Under the pieces are notes generated by a model. It was not told the DNA's origin. It made no database searches and saw only the letters and a program-made list of their open reading frames with translations. From Phoronis australis (Eukaryota > Animalia > Phoronida): DNA of 64,000 nucleotides. Where the stretch lies: NCBI GenBank assembly GCA_002633005.1, contig NMRA01000474.1:124001-188000 (forward strand), given 5' to 3'. Positions 1-19,200 of this stretch are shown piece by piece. A program made the translations under genes and the position numbers. The first letter of the stretch is position 1. Each line of letters opens with the position of its first letter.

Positions 1-2922
1 GTAATGTGTTCAAAACGCATTGGGCATGAGCTGGTGGCGCTTTTTATTGCCCGTCTTACCAGAGATTACCTATTATACGTTATTTACCTGTATTCATTTT
101 ATTGTAATTGTACTAGTCATAATAAATGACCTTATATCGCCTACCTCGGTCTCCTTTTCATATCTGGTTACGAGCTTGCGACGCACGTATCATTTATCTA
201 TTATCCGGGACATATGTCGATCATAAATCCAAGTTACGTTGCCCTCATCTGTCGCCTGACACCTGCGGGGCGGCATTTAAGAATCGTTACGCATGTTTCA
301 ACAGGGTAATTTGAAAAAAAAGACCGAGACTGTGTACCAGGGACCTCAAAACCCTATACTTTTTAAATGTAACTCTTCGAAACACACTTTGCGATTAAAA
401 AAATAAAAAATATGTTTAGTTCAAAATCTTAATAACTCTAAACACCGTGGACAAGGGCCTACTGCTCGATGAGCCGGTAGCATGCAGTGGATTTTGAAAT
501 TTTGTTGAAACGTTCCCAAGTTTGTAGATCTAAGCCATTTCACATTTTCATCAGATTAACTTCAATTAATGGGGTGCTGCGGCGCCCATCCAAGTGTATT
601 ATCTCCAGTCAAGTGCCATTTAGTGACCAGTGGCGCGCAGTGAAACACATGGTCTTTTGTAATATCTCGAATGTATGAGCTATCTTAATTTTTTGATCAT
701 TTTTGAGTTTCTGGAGAATCATTCGCAGAAGGCAATTTTTCTGTTCAGGGCCTTTAGTAATTCAACAGTAGGGCTCTCCATTTACAACAGCCTGGTGTGA
801 TATTGATTGAGGCATCTTTTTGAAGCCCTGTGGCCCTGAATACTTTTCTCATGATACAACAGTGGAAATAGTCACTGCCAGTAGTTTTCTAAATACAGTT
901 TTGATGTTGAAGGTCATGCAAGAAACAAACAACACATATCACAATTATCTAAAACTATCACTGTTCACAGTTTAGCAGGTTGGTTGCAAAGCTCAAAATT
1001 GAGAAATAGCAAAGTTATATAAAAAGTTTTAACAGAACATATTCTCTTGAAACTTTGCTTATCACAATGGGCAAGACAATTAGGTAATTTCTGGTCATTA
1101 AATAAGCACCACTCTCGTTGGTCAATATATGTGGCTAATCAAGACAACTGTCAGTGTCAACAAGTTTGTTTATTCAAGATTGTACGAAGGTGACATCTAT
1201 TGGTAGCCTCATAATTTTCAGGTTATAACTAAAAACAGTGGCTTACAACTGAAGAACAGAGCCAATTATTCACAAAATAATAAGTTCAAATTGACCAAGA
1301 CCGCACACAAGAATTGTATGGCAATTTCACAGTGGAAATTTACTACATATCACCTTATAACAAGCTCGGCTGAAATGCATCACTTCCACTCCTGGGCAGT
1401 AATGTCACTGAATTTACATACACTCATGAAATAAATTAATGACAAAAATCCCCAAATTACAGCTTAATTGGCAGCCCCTCAGTGGATACAGTTTTGAAAT
1501 GCACCCCATCAATTTTCTTAGAAACACCCTCATAATCTATCTAGAAACTTTTCAGGACTGTATTCATCCAAAAAAAAAACTTTTGTGGGAACATTTTGGC
1601 ACAGACCACAGTTGTGATGTCATGATGGCATAACTACACAACTTTCTCACTACAGCTGCTATGGTCACAACTTTTGATATCCACCATTTACCCTTACCAT
1701 ATTGGTCTCAAATTGTTCCTTAGGTAAAATGAAACATAAACACTGACTATTGTTTGAAACAAAGCTCTACAACTTTATTGCCAGGGGGTTTCCCTTTATT
1801 TGCCAAGCCTGATCACCAACAATAACAAAGTGTCAGTCAGACCAAGAACCACTCCTCATCTGAATAACAAACAAGCTTTAATTCAAAAGACTAACTTTGT
1901 ATCAGTTAGTGGTCTAAATCAAAATTACGTTTCTTTGACAGAATATTGGTTCATTACCGCTTTAAAAATGACCAGTGTGTGAACCATGTTACCCAAAACT
2001 CCTATCATCAATCCCACCTCCCCAGAGGGAGGGAGGGAGGAGGGAGGGANGAAGGAGAGGGGGGGAGGGAGAGAGATTAATACACATTATTCACCTAATG
2101 CACTTTCTCGCATCACAAACAGGATCCTGCCATTGTGAGTGCATGGTCGGCTTTTCCCTAAAGCCTTCGAGTGACTCACAGCAAACTATTTGAATTCTCA
2201 CATTTATATTTTCTTAACTAAAATAATGGTTGTGTTAACCAAGAACCTATCAAAATTAATTTATACAGATGTAGTTAACATTTGCTTAAACTAAAACAAG
2301 GTGTCTCATTATTTACAGTTAATTGTTTGAAGTAATCCTTACAGAGGGCGCTAGCGTAGTTCCTCTTCAGGCTTCACTCGTTTTATACAGTGGTTACCAC
2401 ATAATAAATTAATTGCTGGATTTAATCATTCTCTCTCCATCTACGTACAATCTCAAAGCATAGCAACCACAGTCAACTTCTGATACATGGCTTCTCCTTA
2501 ACCAAAGATAACACCTATGAGATTGCCTTTTAGGGTAGAAGTAACGAGAAAGTTGATTAAAAAATTATAAATCATGACTAATAGACTCGCTCTGAAACAA
2601 ATTTCCTGATATCTTCGTCCTTAGTTGTTGTCCATGAACACCGACAGAAGGCGACGGAATATTTGTGAGAACTAGACAGTCATCAATCCCCAATAGGAGT
2701 CAGGTGGCTCTGCAACGTCTAGAAGTTTGTTTTATGGTAGTTCCAGTACTCCTGATTTATAATTTTTTGCATCTATTTATTCACCTGGATGAATAATATC
2801 CATACAGCTTAACCAGTAAGTTCTTAATTTTGTAGGCACCCAATATGCTAATTAGTTGTACAATGGTGCTTGAGGTCCCACCAGATGTCACTACACTTTT
2901 AGGAAGTCTATTGTAACCATCA

Positions 2923-8081
<5,159 letters not shown>

Positions 8082-9148
8082 TGTAGACTGACTGAAAAAG
8101 AAAACATGAGGCTGAAGAGGTTGAGAAATACTTAAAATTAAGTATAAATAGGTAAATAAAACAAAAAGAATGGATCAACTGAAATTTTCGGATGTAATAA
8201 CTTCCTTTGTCAACAGAAACAGAAATAAAGTAAAATCAAACACTATATGACAATTGACTTTAAGTCATGTGTTCTGACCTAGAAACTAACTACCAGTGCA
8301 TGTGTGCTTAACTAAGTGTGCCACTTGGTTTGGAAATAGGACACGCTCAGCTGAGACGGGTCGTATCGTCGTTGGTGAAAAAACTACGTAAATATTAGGA
8401 AAGGGCGAATTAATCAGAAAAATGAAATCAAGCACAAAATAAATGTCACTTAATACCTACATTCATGCTGGAGCAAACACCATTATTCTATTCTACTCCT
8501 AAATTTGTGAACTGATCATCGCTTCCAACATCATAGAATTTAGTGTCACCGATTGGCAGACTACTTTTTCGCCTAGCTATTGTTTATTTCAGGGATATTT
8601 CTGACCAGGTTTGCACCTGTGCCCTTTGAGAGCACCTGATGATAAAAAATGTGCCTTAATTCTTTCAAAAACTTGTGGCTAGCATACTTATAGTAATTTA
8701 AGTGGTAACATATAAAACAGAGTATTGCGTTTTAAAATTTGCTACAACGAAATTGTTGCCATATCTCATGAAAATTGTCACAAAAATTGAGCAAATACTA
8801 CATAGGAGACACAAAAGCTGTATGCCGTTTTGCCAACTTTCTGTAACATACCAGCTGTGCTGAATAAAAATTTCCTCAGAAAAAAGAAAGAAGAATCCAT
8901 ATGATGGTGCTTCACAATTTAAGAGCAGTGCCTCAAGAGGACTTTTTGTAATTGGACATGGCTCATAATCGGTATGAGAAATTATTTCTGAAAAAATCTA
9001 TCGGGTCACAAATTTATGTGGTTACGTCAAACAGTCCCTGATTTAAGAACCGGAATTACTCTCACTGAGTAATGCCACTAACAGGCGTTATTCAGTGGGA
9101 GCAATTGATATTCAAATCAAGGACTCATCCATCTGACTGTTAGTGCTA

Positions 9149-9593
9149 CCGGGGTTTTCCATAGATATTAAGCCCACCCGATGAAACACCCATGGTCGTT
9201 TATTTGGAAAATTATGCCGAATACAGGACGTTTATTTGGTGTTACAACTAATTGTTGTAGTGTCAAGTATCTAGACAGTGGGACGTTTAGTTGGAAATTT
9301 TCCTCTTAAAAGCCCACTCAGCATCAACTTTTTGTCACAAATTCAGTTTCGTGGAGCATTTATCATTGATAAAAATGAACAAGGCATTGGCGAACTATGC
9401 ATTTATTTACAAAAAAATTAAAAACCGCAATTTTAAGTAAAAAAGAGTGTCAAGTCATCATAACTATGGCTTTCCGTTTACACGCCCCATTTTCCGAATA
9501 AACGCCCTAGCGTTAATTTGGTGTTGCTAAAAAGCCTGAAAATTTTCATTTTCCGAATAGGCTACACACGGGCTTATTAATGGAAATTACCAG
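9149..9593. mobile_element. Degenerate non-autonomous DNA transposon, Tc1/mariner-pogo-like MITE
   Basis: Imperfect terminal inverted repeats (ccggggttttccatagatattaagccc ... gggcttattaatggaaattaccag) flanked by TA on both sides. Internal repeated cgtttatttgg and ccgaata motifs. Confidence 0.45.
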
Positions 9594-9821
9594 TACTCAA
9601 AATAAAACTAGCAACTGAGACTTGGCTAAATAAGTGAATATTAATTGGAATATATGGAATCACCCACCTAATGCAATGACTAAGAAAACTGTATGACTGA
9701 ACGTCAAAGTACAAAAATTAAGGTTATCAACCCCACAACCAATATCACTTTTATCAGAGCCATGCACACCTGAATAAATTCACCCAAAGATTAACCTTGG
9801 TAGTGGTAAGCTGGCTGCATG

Positions 9822-9885
9822 CACAGGTATCCTATGCTTCTGATCGTCCCCATTGGGGACGATCTGAAGCTGAGGACGCCTGTGA
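9822..9885. mobile_element. 64-bp hairpin MITE made of two head-to-head terminal inverted repeats, with 8-bp target-site duplication
   Basis: cacagg...gcttctgatcgtcccca t tggggacgatctgaagc...cctgtg is a near-palindrome. The direct repeat GCTGCATG lies at 9814-9821 and 9886-9893. Confidence 0.65.
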
Positions 9886-10073
9886 GCTGCATGGGCCGAT
9901 TGTCGGATTGACGGTCGGTGTCAAAAACAAAAATATAAACGAAATTTTCAAGAAAGACAATCCCACACTGTAAAAAGAGTTACCTATGATACACATTCAA
10001 ATCTCAGTCGTACAATTTTGCAATTATAATCTACAGATGTAATTAAATTTAACATTTTTCAAGTTAAACTTAC

Positions 10074-10206
10074 CCTAAAATACTGTGTACCTTATATTCT
10101 CGCCAAGGCAAAATTCGCGCGAAATTTCGCGCTTGGTGTGACGTCACGTTTTACCCATGTGCACATGCGTGACAATGTTTATTTCCGCCTCAGCTGGAAA
10201 AGAAGC
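10074..10206. promoter_or_regulatory. Putative bidirectional promoter shared by CDC7 (-) and WDR46 (+)
   Basis: Adjacent E2F-type sites TTCGCGCGAAA and TTTCGCGC at 10114-10132, a palindromic CRE/ATF site GTGACGTCAC at 10138-10147, and an NRF1-like GCACATGCGT at ~10161-10170. Bounded by a minus-strand donor (cttac, 10069-10073; likely CDC7 non-coding exon 1) and the WDR46 ATG at 10207. Confidence 0.7.
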
Positions 10207-13200
10207 ATGGACGGGGAAGCTGCCGGTTTCATGGTAATGTTAACGGGTGACTGGTTTTGGTGTCCTTTGCTTATTTGTGTGGTGTCATAATGAACTAGGA
10301 TAAGGGTCGGCATTTCAATCGTTTGTTGAAAACTGGAAGAAGTGTGAATTAGTAATCCACTTGGCAACGTCTCGGTCAATCATACGGTCTACGGATGTCA
10401 CACTTTCAATCTTCTCCACACAACAAGTCACAAGCGTCCTCAGCTTCTGATCGTCCCCAATACACTATATAACACTCATGGGCGGCGCATCACTGAAAAA
10501 GTGGGGGGAGGGGCTAAATTTACACAAACAGAGGTTCAACAAACCAAGAGCAACTCCCGCGTCACATGCGAAAGGGAATTATCCGTTGAGTTACGAATGA
10601 ACAGGGATTGCTGAGTTAACGATGCCGTGACTTTCCGTGATGAATCAGCAATTGTCGTTCATCCATTACTCATTGGATAATTCCGTACCCGGTATACCCC
10701 GTACCCTTCGTGTTTGACCACAGGCGTCCTCAGCTTCCGATCGTCCCCAATACACTACATATAATACTACAAGGTATGACACTCCCGACTAGAAATTCCA
10801 CGGGTGCTTCACTTCAGCCATCCATAGCAAATATAAAACTCAATAAATTTACACAAAGAGAGGTTCAACAAACCATGAAGAATTGTTCTTTCTCCCAATA
10901 CCATTCACGGTGTCCTGTTCCGGCGACTTTGTAAGGAATTCGCAGTCAAAGAACAAAAATGTTCCCAAAAAGCCCCCACACACTTTCATCGTGGGCCGCT
11001 TGAGGTCAAGGACGGTACGGAAATTGCCGGTGAGTTACGGAAGGACTCAATAGTGCAGAGTTATCGACATCGTGACTTTACGCCACAAACCCGCAATTTC
11101 CGTTGCGATGCCATTGAACTTCAAAGTAGCTGCTCATGGCGCTGGCATTCGGCGACTTAGTGAACTAACGACTGCTGTTTGAAAAGTGTCAATGCGCAGC
11201 AGTTTGTCAGAGTTTCTGAAAATGAAATAATTATCAATTAAAAGAGTGATAAATTCTTCATCTAAAAATTGGGGGGCATATTGTGCACCTGCAAAAACAT
11301 CAATTTCCCTACCCATCAAAATTGACTTCGAGAAAAGAACTTGAGTAGATCCGCACGCATCTGAACTACATTCTGTCCAAATTTCATGTTTGTAATTGAG
11401 AGTATAGTGCTTTTTTGAATTGGAAGAACAAGAGCCACTTTTTCGAAAGTTGATCGCATGGCGGAAAATCATGCGCTAAAAAAGCTTACAAACAGTGATT
11501 TATTAGCGACCAAGGTAACAATTTGTAACACAAGATTGTCTTATAGTTAACTTTAAAGTCTGAAAACGGGTAGTTTACCGGTGTAGGTTTTACATGGATG
11601 AGCACTGTGACCTACTTTTGGTTTGTCCTCCCTACATTGACATTGTTAAGTACCTTTTGCGCACAGAGGAATGTCCGAGTAGGCCGTCGATGTTTTTATT
11701 TCCGTCTAGCTCGAGCAAATACTCCTGTAATCAAACTTTTTCTTCGAGCAGTCCTTCATTCAGTTGCCCAAATCGGCGTCTGGCCATTTTGAACACTGCT
11801 TGGCCAGGAGATATGGCATCTTACCATCTGGTGTGCCCAGTGTTAAAATGGCCAGTTGCCGATTTGGGTAACTGGAAGAAGCACTTCTTGAAAACAAAGT
11901 TTGATTACAGGAGTATTATTTGAGTTGGACGGAGTTAAGAACGTTGGCAGCCTCCTAAGGCATCCCTCTGTCTGCAAAATGTATTTATAACAATGCGATT
12001 TTGATGTTTTAATTAGTGTGAGGCATAATTCGCCAAAAAGCCTCTGGTGTATGAAACGCCTATGGGAGATTCACTCTCTGGTTTGGGCCAGATGTCTGCC
12101 AGTCACTGTATTACACACTGGCTGACTGAGACATTGGTTCTGCCTTGATAACCCGATAACCAGCCCGTTATTCAGTTGTTGCCTCATTCTATAAACATGG
12201 GCTGCTATATTTCACCAGTTCCCTTCCTCACCGCTCCCAGTTTTCATTCTGAATGTGAAGTTCGCGCCGATGGCCGTGTGACCGTAACACTCAGTCATGT
12301 ATGAGATCCTATCTAAACTAATGGTGATCTGTAAAGTGAATCAGTGCAGTAATTTTGATTTTTAGTTATATTATCACTTCATTATTAAAACTGGCATATT
12401 ATACAGAAAACATTGATTTTCAGAGGCTACCTGACACTGGCAAGGCAGTCGGGACAAAAAAGAAAATGACACGATATTTCGACGCTGCAGAAGATAGTGG
12501 CAAGACAGAAGAGTTCACCCCCGATTTAAGTCGGTTCAGCCAAAGAAAGAGGGACAAGACTCTGTCATCGATCGCCAACAAGAATATCACAACAATAGCA
12601 CTAAGCAGGAACATGACTCTGAAGAAAAATGAGGTCACTGGCTGGGACAAGTTAGTGATAAAGGGCGACGATGACGACGGTGATCTTCCTTTTGGTGGAA
12701 GTGTGAGGAAGCAGCCGAGGGGTGTGGGTATTTTGCAACCATGTCAAAAGTGTGATGTAATTTTTAGGAAAATTGTGCTTCCAAATGAAGCCTAGTGGTG
12801 ACGCTTTTGGAAGCTCGTGTTAGTGACTACTGTGCTCTGACCATTCCTGTAGTTCAAATTTTTGGCAGTTTAGCTTCTGGAGACAAGTCTTTGACTGAAC
12901 TTGTTGGCAAGTGTTCAACTAGATATATGTTTTGACTCTTTGTATGTTGCAGAAATTTTAGAAATTGTGACAACTTGCCAGCATTTTCCTTATTTTTGCT
13001 CCTTGTGCGACATGAATGACAATCTTGAATGGGCTCCCATGAGGCCTTTTTTGAACCTTGTGTAAACTGGCTGTGTCTAGACCAAGTTAAAGTTACAAGA
13101 CCATTTGAGCTTAAACAGCTCTTTGAAAAGTATAGTATAGAAAGATGTGATGTGATGTTGACCAACAGGTGGTGTGTGTTGCACATAACTGCACTGATTT

Positions 13201-16200
13201 ACAGCCACTTTTTAGTACATCGACTTTTTAGTACATCGACTTTTTAGTACATCGACTTTTTAGTACTGTGAAGTTTCTTGTGAAGTGTCTGGCAAATCAT
13301 AACCAGTTCACCCTGTGTTCCCTTTCAGAACGACCCATTTCCTGGTGATGCCCCCGTGCCAAAGGACAAGATCAAGAAGTACACAAGAGGTGATAAAATG
13401 CACACGGTGAGTGAAATGGAAAACTATATTTCCCTAAGTGTCACAAGTGAAGCAAGGCACTTACCTATAAATACCTGCATTCAGGTAAATCACTTGGGCT
13501 CCTTATCTCACCAATGCTTACATACTGATGAACTGTGTTCTGCTCTCAATCTATTCAGATATCAAAATGAGGGGTAGCCAGTGAACCCTTAGATGATGGA
13601 TCTTTAAAAATAGGTTTTGTGAGTACTTTCACTCGGCACATTTACTTTGACATTTTCCACCTCATCTACAGGTGTGCTTTTCAAATGTAAAAAGTTCCCG
13701 CATTTAAAATTGCACATTTTCGTGTTATTGGTCAATGACTTAGGTGAAAAGTGTTCAATATACCATACTTGTCCAGATTAAACCCATTTCAGCTAGAACT
13801 CGCTCAGGATTTTAAGAAAATCTTCACATCCGCGCCACGCCCAATTCACACAGTTGTGACATCACCCATATCCTCCATATCCTCTTGACCGCCCATCTAC
13901 AGAGAGAGGTCAGCTACCAAAACCTACACTACTGGCTTACCTGTGAAGAAGAAATTTTGTATTGCCCATACTGATACTTAGTTCTTGTGTTTGAAGTAGC
14001 CAAAATCAATCCAACAACCCACTAAGTGCAACTCCTATAGGTGTTATGTAAAAGCCCACCCCAGACTTCTAAACAAATTCTTTTTATAAGCTCATAACTT
14101 TCTTAATTTAAACACCCCAGGCATTAACCCGGTCAAATACGGTTATTAATCTCTTCATGATCATGAAAACTAAACTCTGAATACGCAAGAGTGAGAGGGG
14201 TGTATAATTTTGTACAGGGGAGGTAATAGCTCATCTGTCGGAGTAGCACTTGCTCAAAGTTTACATTTTGTTACGTCATTGTAGGATGGAATCAAGACCA
14301 AGTACCAACAGCACCACCTGCAGAGACGTGACAGGAAGTTGCGAAAAGCGGCAAAACAGGCAGCACGCTCAGAGTTTCTTCTGCCTCAGACAACAGGGTA
14401 GATAACTCCTTGAAGTCAAGGCCGCCCGTTTTTCACCTCTGTTTTTGTAGCACTTTCACATCAGGATGATAAATCCGTTTTTAGATGAGATGAAATTTGA
14501 CCCTGGCAGCTTTTAATGATAAAGGTCGTATTTACAATGATGTACCACGCCTGACAGTTTCACAAAAATAATCTTCAGCGGCCAGTGAGAAAATAGAAGG
14601 AAAGTTGTGTGCAAAAACTGAAAAAAAAACACTTATGTACGATCTTTTTTTACAAATATCAGTTTCAATATAAGTTGAATAGTTGTCTTTGTTCCAGTTT
14701 CTTAGAGGCAGACGAAGGTGAGCTGACAACAGAAGTCACTCAGCATGATATTGCCCGTGCAGTGGATGTCTTCAGTGCACAAAAGGTGACGCTTAGAACA
14801 AAGCTTTGACTTTAAAGCACCAAATTGTACAGTATTGATGCTAGTGCTATGGTTTAACGCACAACGTTGGAGTTGTGTCTTTTCCATTTGCCCAATGTAG
14901 AGGCCACGGAACCCCTTGAAATTTTTCATGTTGTCTTTTCAATGAGAGTAACTGAGAATACATAAGTGCTTAGGGCTCCACTAATTAAATTGACTGCAAA
15001 GTTAATTGCATTTATGCAGCAAAGACAGTTGTTAGCTTGTTGGAAAATGGGTTGGTTGTCTCTCCTGAACAATAGGTGGGGTTATTGTTGTGGTGGTTGC
15101 TTTTGTCCTTGATAAATGACCTTCCATTAGATGGTGATGTTGGATTACTAAGTTTTGTAAACTTGACATTTTACAGTAAGTTATTTATCATTGCTGGAAA
15201 AAGGAAATATAATACCCTTAGAAGGGCTTGATGTTCGATTCAGAAGTACGTTTTTGTTGTCAACGCTTTGTTCTTTTGTTTCTAGTATTTTGAATTGGAG
15301 CTGAACCAGTTTGGTCCTTATAGGATGGACTACACAAAGAATGGAAGGTTAGTCTTAGATATGATGTCATTTCCTGGCTCATGACCATATGTCAATCGTT
15401 AGAGGCACAGTCCTGTGGTTGGTTTTAGCAAAGGTTGCACGTCAGGGTGTTGCAAATACGGTCGTAGGCAGGAGTAGGAACAAGGTGCTGCTTTTTGAAG
15501 AAACAAAGCATTGCAACTGATTTAGTAAATTGGGTTTTAGGCTGTGTTAGACAGTTGTCTTCACAAGCCACTAATGAATTGAATGTCAGTAACAATGTGG
15601 GATGAAGTGTATAATATTGAATAAAACTGGACTTGGACTTCACCCTTGTACTCAATGGTTGTGTTAATAGCATTGTTATAGCAATCAAAGGCACAATCCG
15701 CCCTTTTATTGTTAACATTAAGATCTAGAGCCTAAGCATAATCATGCAAATACAGAACTAAGGCTTTGACATTCTCAGATGAAGAATCCTGACTTCATGA
15801 CCTAAAACAAACATGGTGGACAAACACAACTGTTCAGCATGCTGTAGCCCAGCAGCTGATGACAGGCGAAACTGCTCACACAAACCTGTGTAAGGAACTT
15901 AAAGTTTATGCTTTGCTGATCTGAGTATTTGAGAAGTGAGTTCTCTTTCAGACGTGATCTTTTGAACACAGCCTACCAGATCATTGAAAGACTTGAAATT
16001 CCCTAGGTGGCGTTTGTGAAGCAGTCTGGCTCCACTTGTATAATTGGGTGCATTTAGGTAGTCACTTGAGATCCTTATACCTTGGAAGTCCTGCGCTTGT
16101 AAACAGCTTTCTGTATTCATGCTACTCAGATAGCGAAAAAAGCGCTACCTAGTGGTAACCCAGTCTCCCGTTAATCACCTTCATAAATTATATTTCTCAA

Positions 16201-19200
16201 AATTCATTGGATAAAATGCAGCAATCTGACCTTAAGTGTATAGAGTGCTTGACTGGATTTATGTTTTCAGACATTTGCTGATAGGTGGCAGGCGTGGTCA
16301 CATTGCAGCTTTTGATTGGCAGACCAAGAAACTTCATTGTGAAATTAACGTCATGGAGACAGTTCAAGATGTCAAGTAGGCAATTTTCTTCTCTCAGTAT
16401 CTTAGCTGTTGGTTTTTCTTAGCAGTTCAAAAGTACCGTTACGAAAAAATAACTGTAAAACTTAACTTCTGGAACTCACTGTAAAATATTTTTCTTACTG
16501 TGGACTGGCTCCCGTGAAAGTTTTGTCGCCCTCTGCTGTTATAGACACCAACTGCAAGGCCCTGGACCATGAGTTCGACAACTGAAATCTGACCCCTCCG
16601 TGTCTATTAAAAGTTCTTTTCTATGAACACCGGAAGAGGTCGACAAAATTTTTGTAGAAGGATCCAAGTAAACTATTTTACAGTAAGTTCCAGAAGTGAT
16701 GATTTATAATTTTTTGCTCCATCTGGATGAACGTTAATGTTCATCATCTACAATTGTGTAAATATCATTTATAAACCTTGTATTCTGTTGCCGTGCACAT
16801 TTTGTTTGATTGTTGTTGCTTTAAATAGAGATTGTCTCCCCTACTACACTGTTTGACCATTGGGATCTATTCCTTTACAGCCATAAATAAATGATTGCTG
16901 TTTCTTTAAAGTTGTATTATTTCCAGTCTTGAGAAAAAAGAAATGTGAAGTTTTTGCTTTAACCGAACCGGGTGTTGTTTCTCAGCAACACTTTTGAGGT
17001 AAGTCACTTACAGAGCTCCCACATTTTGAGAACCAGTTTTTGCCATTGAATAACAATCATGAAACTGGTTCTCAAATTCGGGACACTTGTACATGGCTAT
17101 AGCTCTTTTCTACTTTATTTGACCTCTTGTCTTCGATATTCGATCTGTTCTCCTCCAGGTGGCTACACATCGAGACCATGTTTGCCGTTGCTCAGAAGCA
17201 GTGGACGTACATCTACGATAACCAGGGCGTTGAGTTACATTGTCTTAAGAAGTTGGACAGTGTGCTGAGAATGGAGTTCTTACCTTACCACTTCCTGTTG
17301 GGTAGGTGTGTCCGTGCATACAATATTTCGAAAGCATGTGCTGTATTCAACAGTTTTATCACAGTGTTATATGTGGACTGAAGGTGTCGCTAGGTGCTCT
17401 TAAGAAATCAAAAATAAGACCCTAATATGATAATAAGTCATTATTAAGTGGTCAAATTAGTGTGTGCAGCCCAAAAACACTTTGGAAATGTCTATATCTA
17501 ATAATCTTACAGTGGCCACAGAGTAATCCATGGCAATGAGATAATTGTGTGCTTTAAGTGAAAGTCTGACTTGACCGTATTACCAGACCAGGTTCAAACT
17601 TGGAGTTGTTTATGACATGTCTTGGGTGTTTAGATGTTAGCTATGCTGGGACAAGTTGCAAGGATCTGGTGTTGATCAGTTCAGAGTGTCACCTTTGACC
17701 TGTTCAGAGTGTCACCTTTGACCTATTCAGAGGGTCACCTTTGACCTATTCTCTTCATTGCACATTATTCTACGATTAAATCCAAATTTGTGACATTTTT
17801 ATTTTTGCTTACTCTTCGTTTTCTTCAAATTGTGTTTAGAATCCTGTTATAAGAGATTTTGCAGAATTATTTATGCTTGTGGATGCCAGCAGGCATTCTC
17901 TGTTTTTGCAATTTTATTATGTTGTTACCATATTCGTTTGATTGACCATCATATCGGTGTTGAATTTTCCACATTTTTCTACTGTCCTCTCGTACTTATG
18001 TACGTGAAATGTGGGTGATTCCACAACAAAGCTTTGTTCAATGAAACAGTCACTAATGAAAGTCTAGTGCCATGTTATCATAATGTATGACACAATATAA
18101 CAAATACCTCAAATGGTCTTGCTTACTCTGCATCTACCCAAGATGCGACTGGATTTACTTCCAGTACAGTGCCTGTACAGTCCCTTATCAAAGTTGTGTG
18201 CTAAAACAGTTGATGGTGTCACATCTCTGTGCAGGGAACCTGTGTAGCAATAAATTCTCTGTGCAAATCGTTGACTTTCTAGTGGCAGCAAATGCAAAGG
18301 GCTATCTCAGCTATACTGATGTCTCTATCGGCCAGAAGGTGGCAGGCTACATGACGAGTCTGGGTCGGCTGGATGTCATGTGCCAGAACCCTCGCAATGC
18401 CATTATTCATCTGGGACACTCTGGAGGTATGGGATTGAAATACTGCATCTTGGACACCTTGGGCGTTTTTATACACTTGAATTGTCTGTTGGAGTTGTTT
18501 CGTGTTTGAACATGTACAAACTTCAACAGCAAATCATGTGACTTGCAAAATGGGAAATTTTGTGATACGTACAACGGGAATTAATCCAGTCATTGATAGA
18601 GATCAGGTGGAAACGCCTTGTCACCAATTAAATTTGTGTGGCAGTGAATGATTTTCTATTTCTCAATGTCATCAAGAGCCGACGAACAATATATTTTCTA
18701 GAGGCTGACTCAGGATTGAGAATGGTGTCACTCTTGACTTTTTGCCCTTTGAGGCTAAAGGCATGACTTTCAACCATTTGTTTACCAAAGTCTTTGATAT
18801 TATGTTTGAAGTTTATTCATGCACTGATATGAAACACCTTGATGGGTACTTTGAGGCTCAGAAAATATCACAGGTATTCCAAATGGTTTTCCCAGGATTT
18901 TCTTGAAGCAACAGAGTTTTAGAAAAACAGTGATTGAGATAACTACAGTAATAACATTCTTTACAAATTTGATTTCAAGGCTTGGGAAGAATGGTTTAAT
19001 GATTGCTACTGAAGACTGATGTCTTCCAAGTTGAAATGTGTAAGATGCTATTCATGTACTGAAACCAATATGGCTGCCAGCCCACCATTGTGTATGTTAG
19101 GGTCATTCCGCAACACTTGAGTCAACTGTAGTCATCTCATTCTCCACCGTTTATTGTCAGCTTAATAATTATGTACAGTTAAATCAAACGTTTAGCTTCA

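Noticed and set aside
2025-2075. G-rich purine tract (and poly-C tracts near 21730, 44405 and 49360) as G-quadruplex or regulatory elements
   Set aside because: Each tract contains Ns, so its length and sequence are unreliable; they are simple low-complexity runs.
11594-11923. 109-aa ORF considered as the WDR46 first exon or a separate gene
   Set aside because: No recognisable motif, and the nearby ATG-donor combination I tested does not match the phase of the 12424 acceptor. The 10207-10233 segment fits both phase and promoter position.
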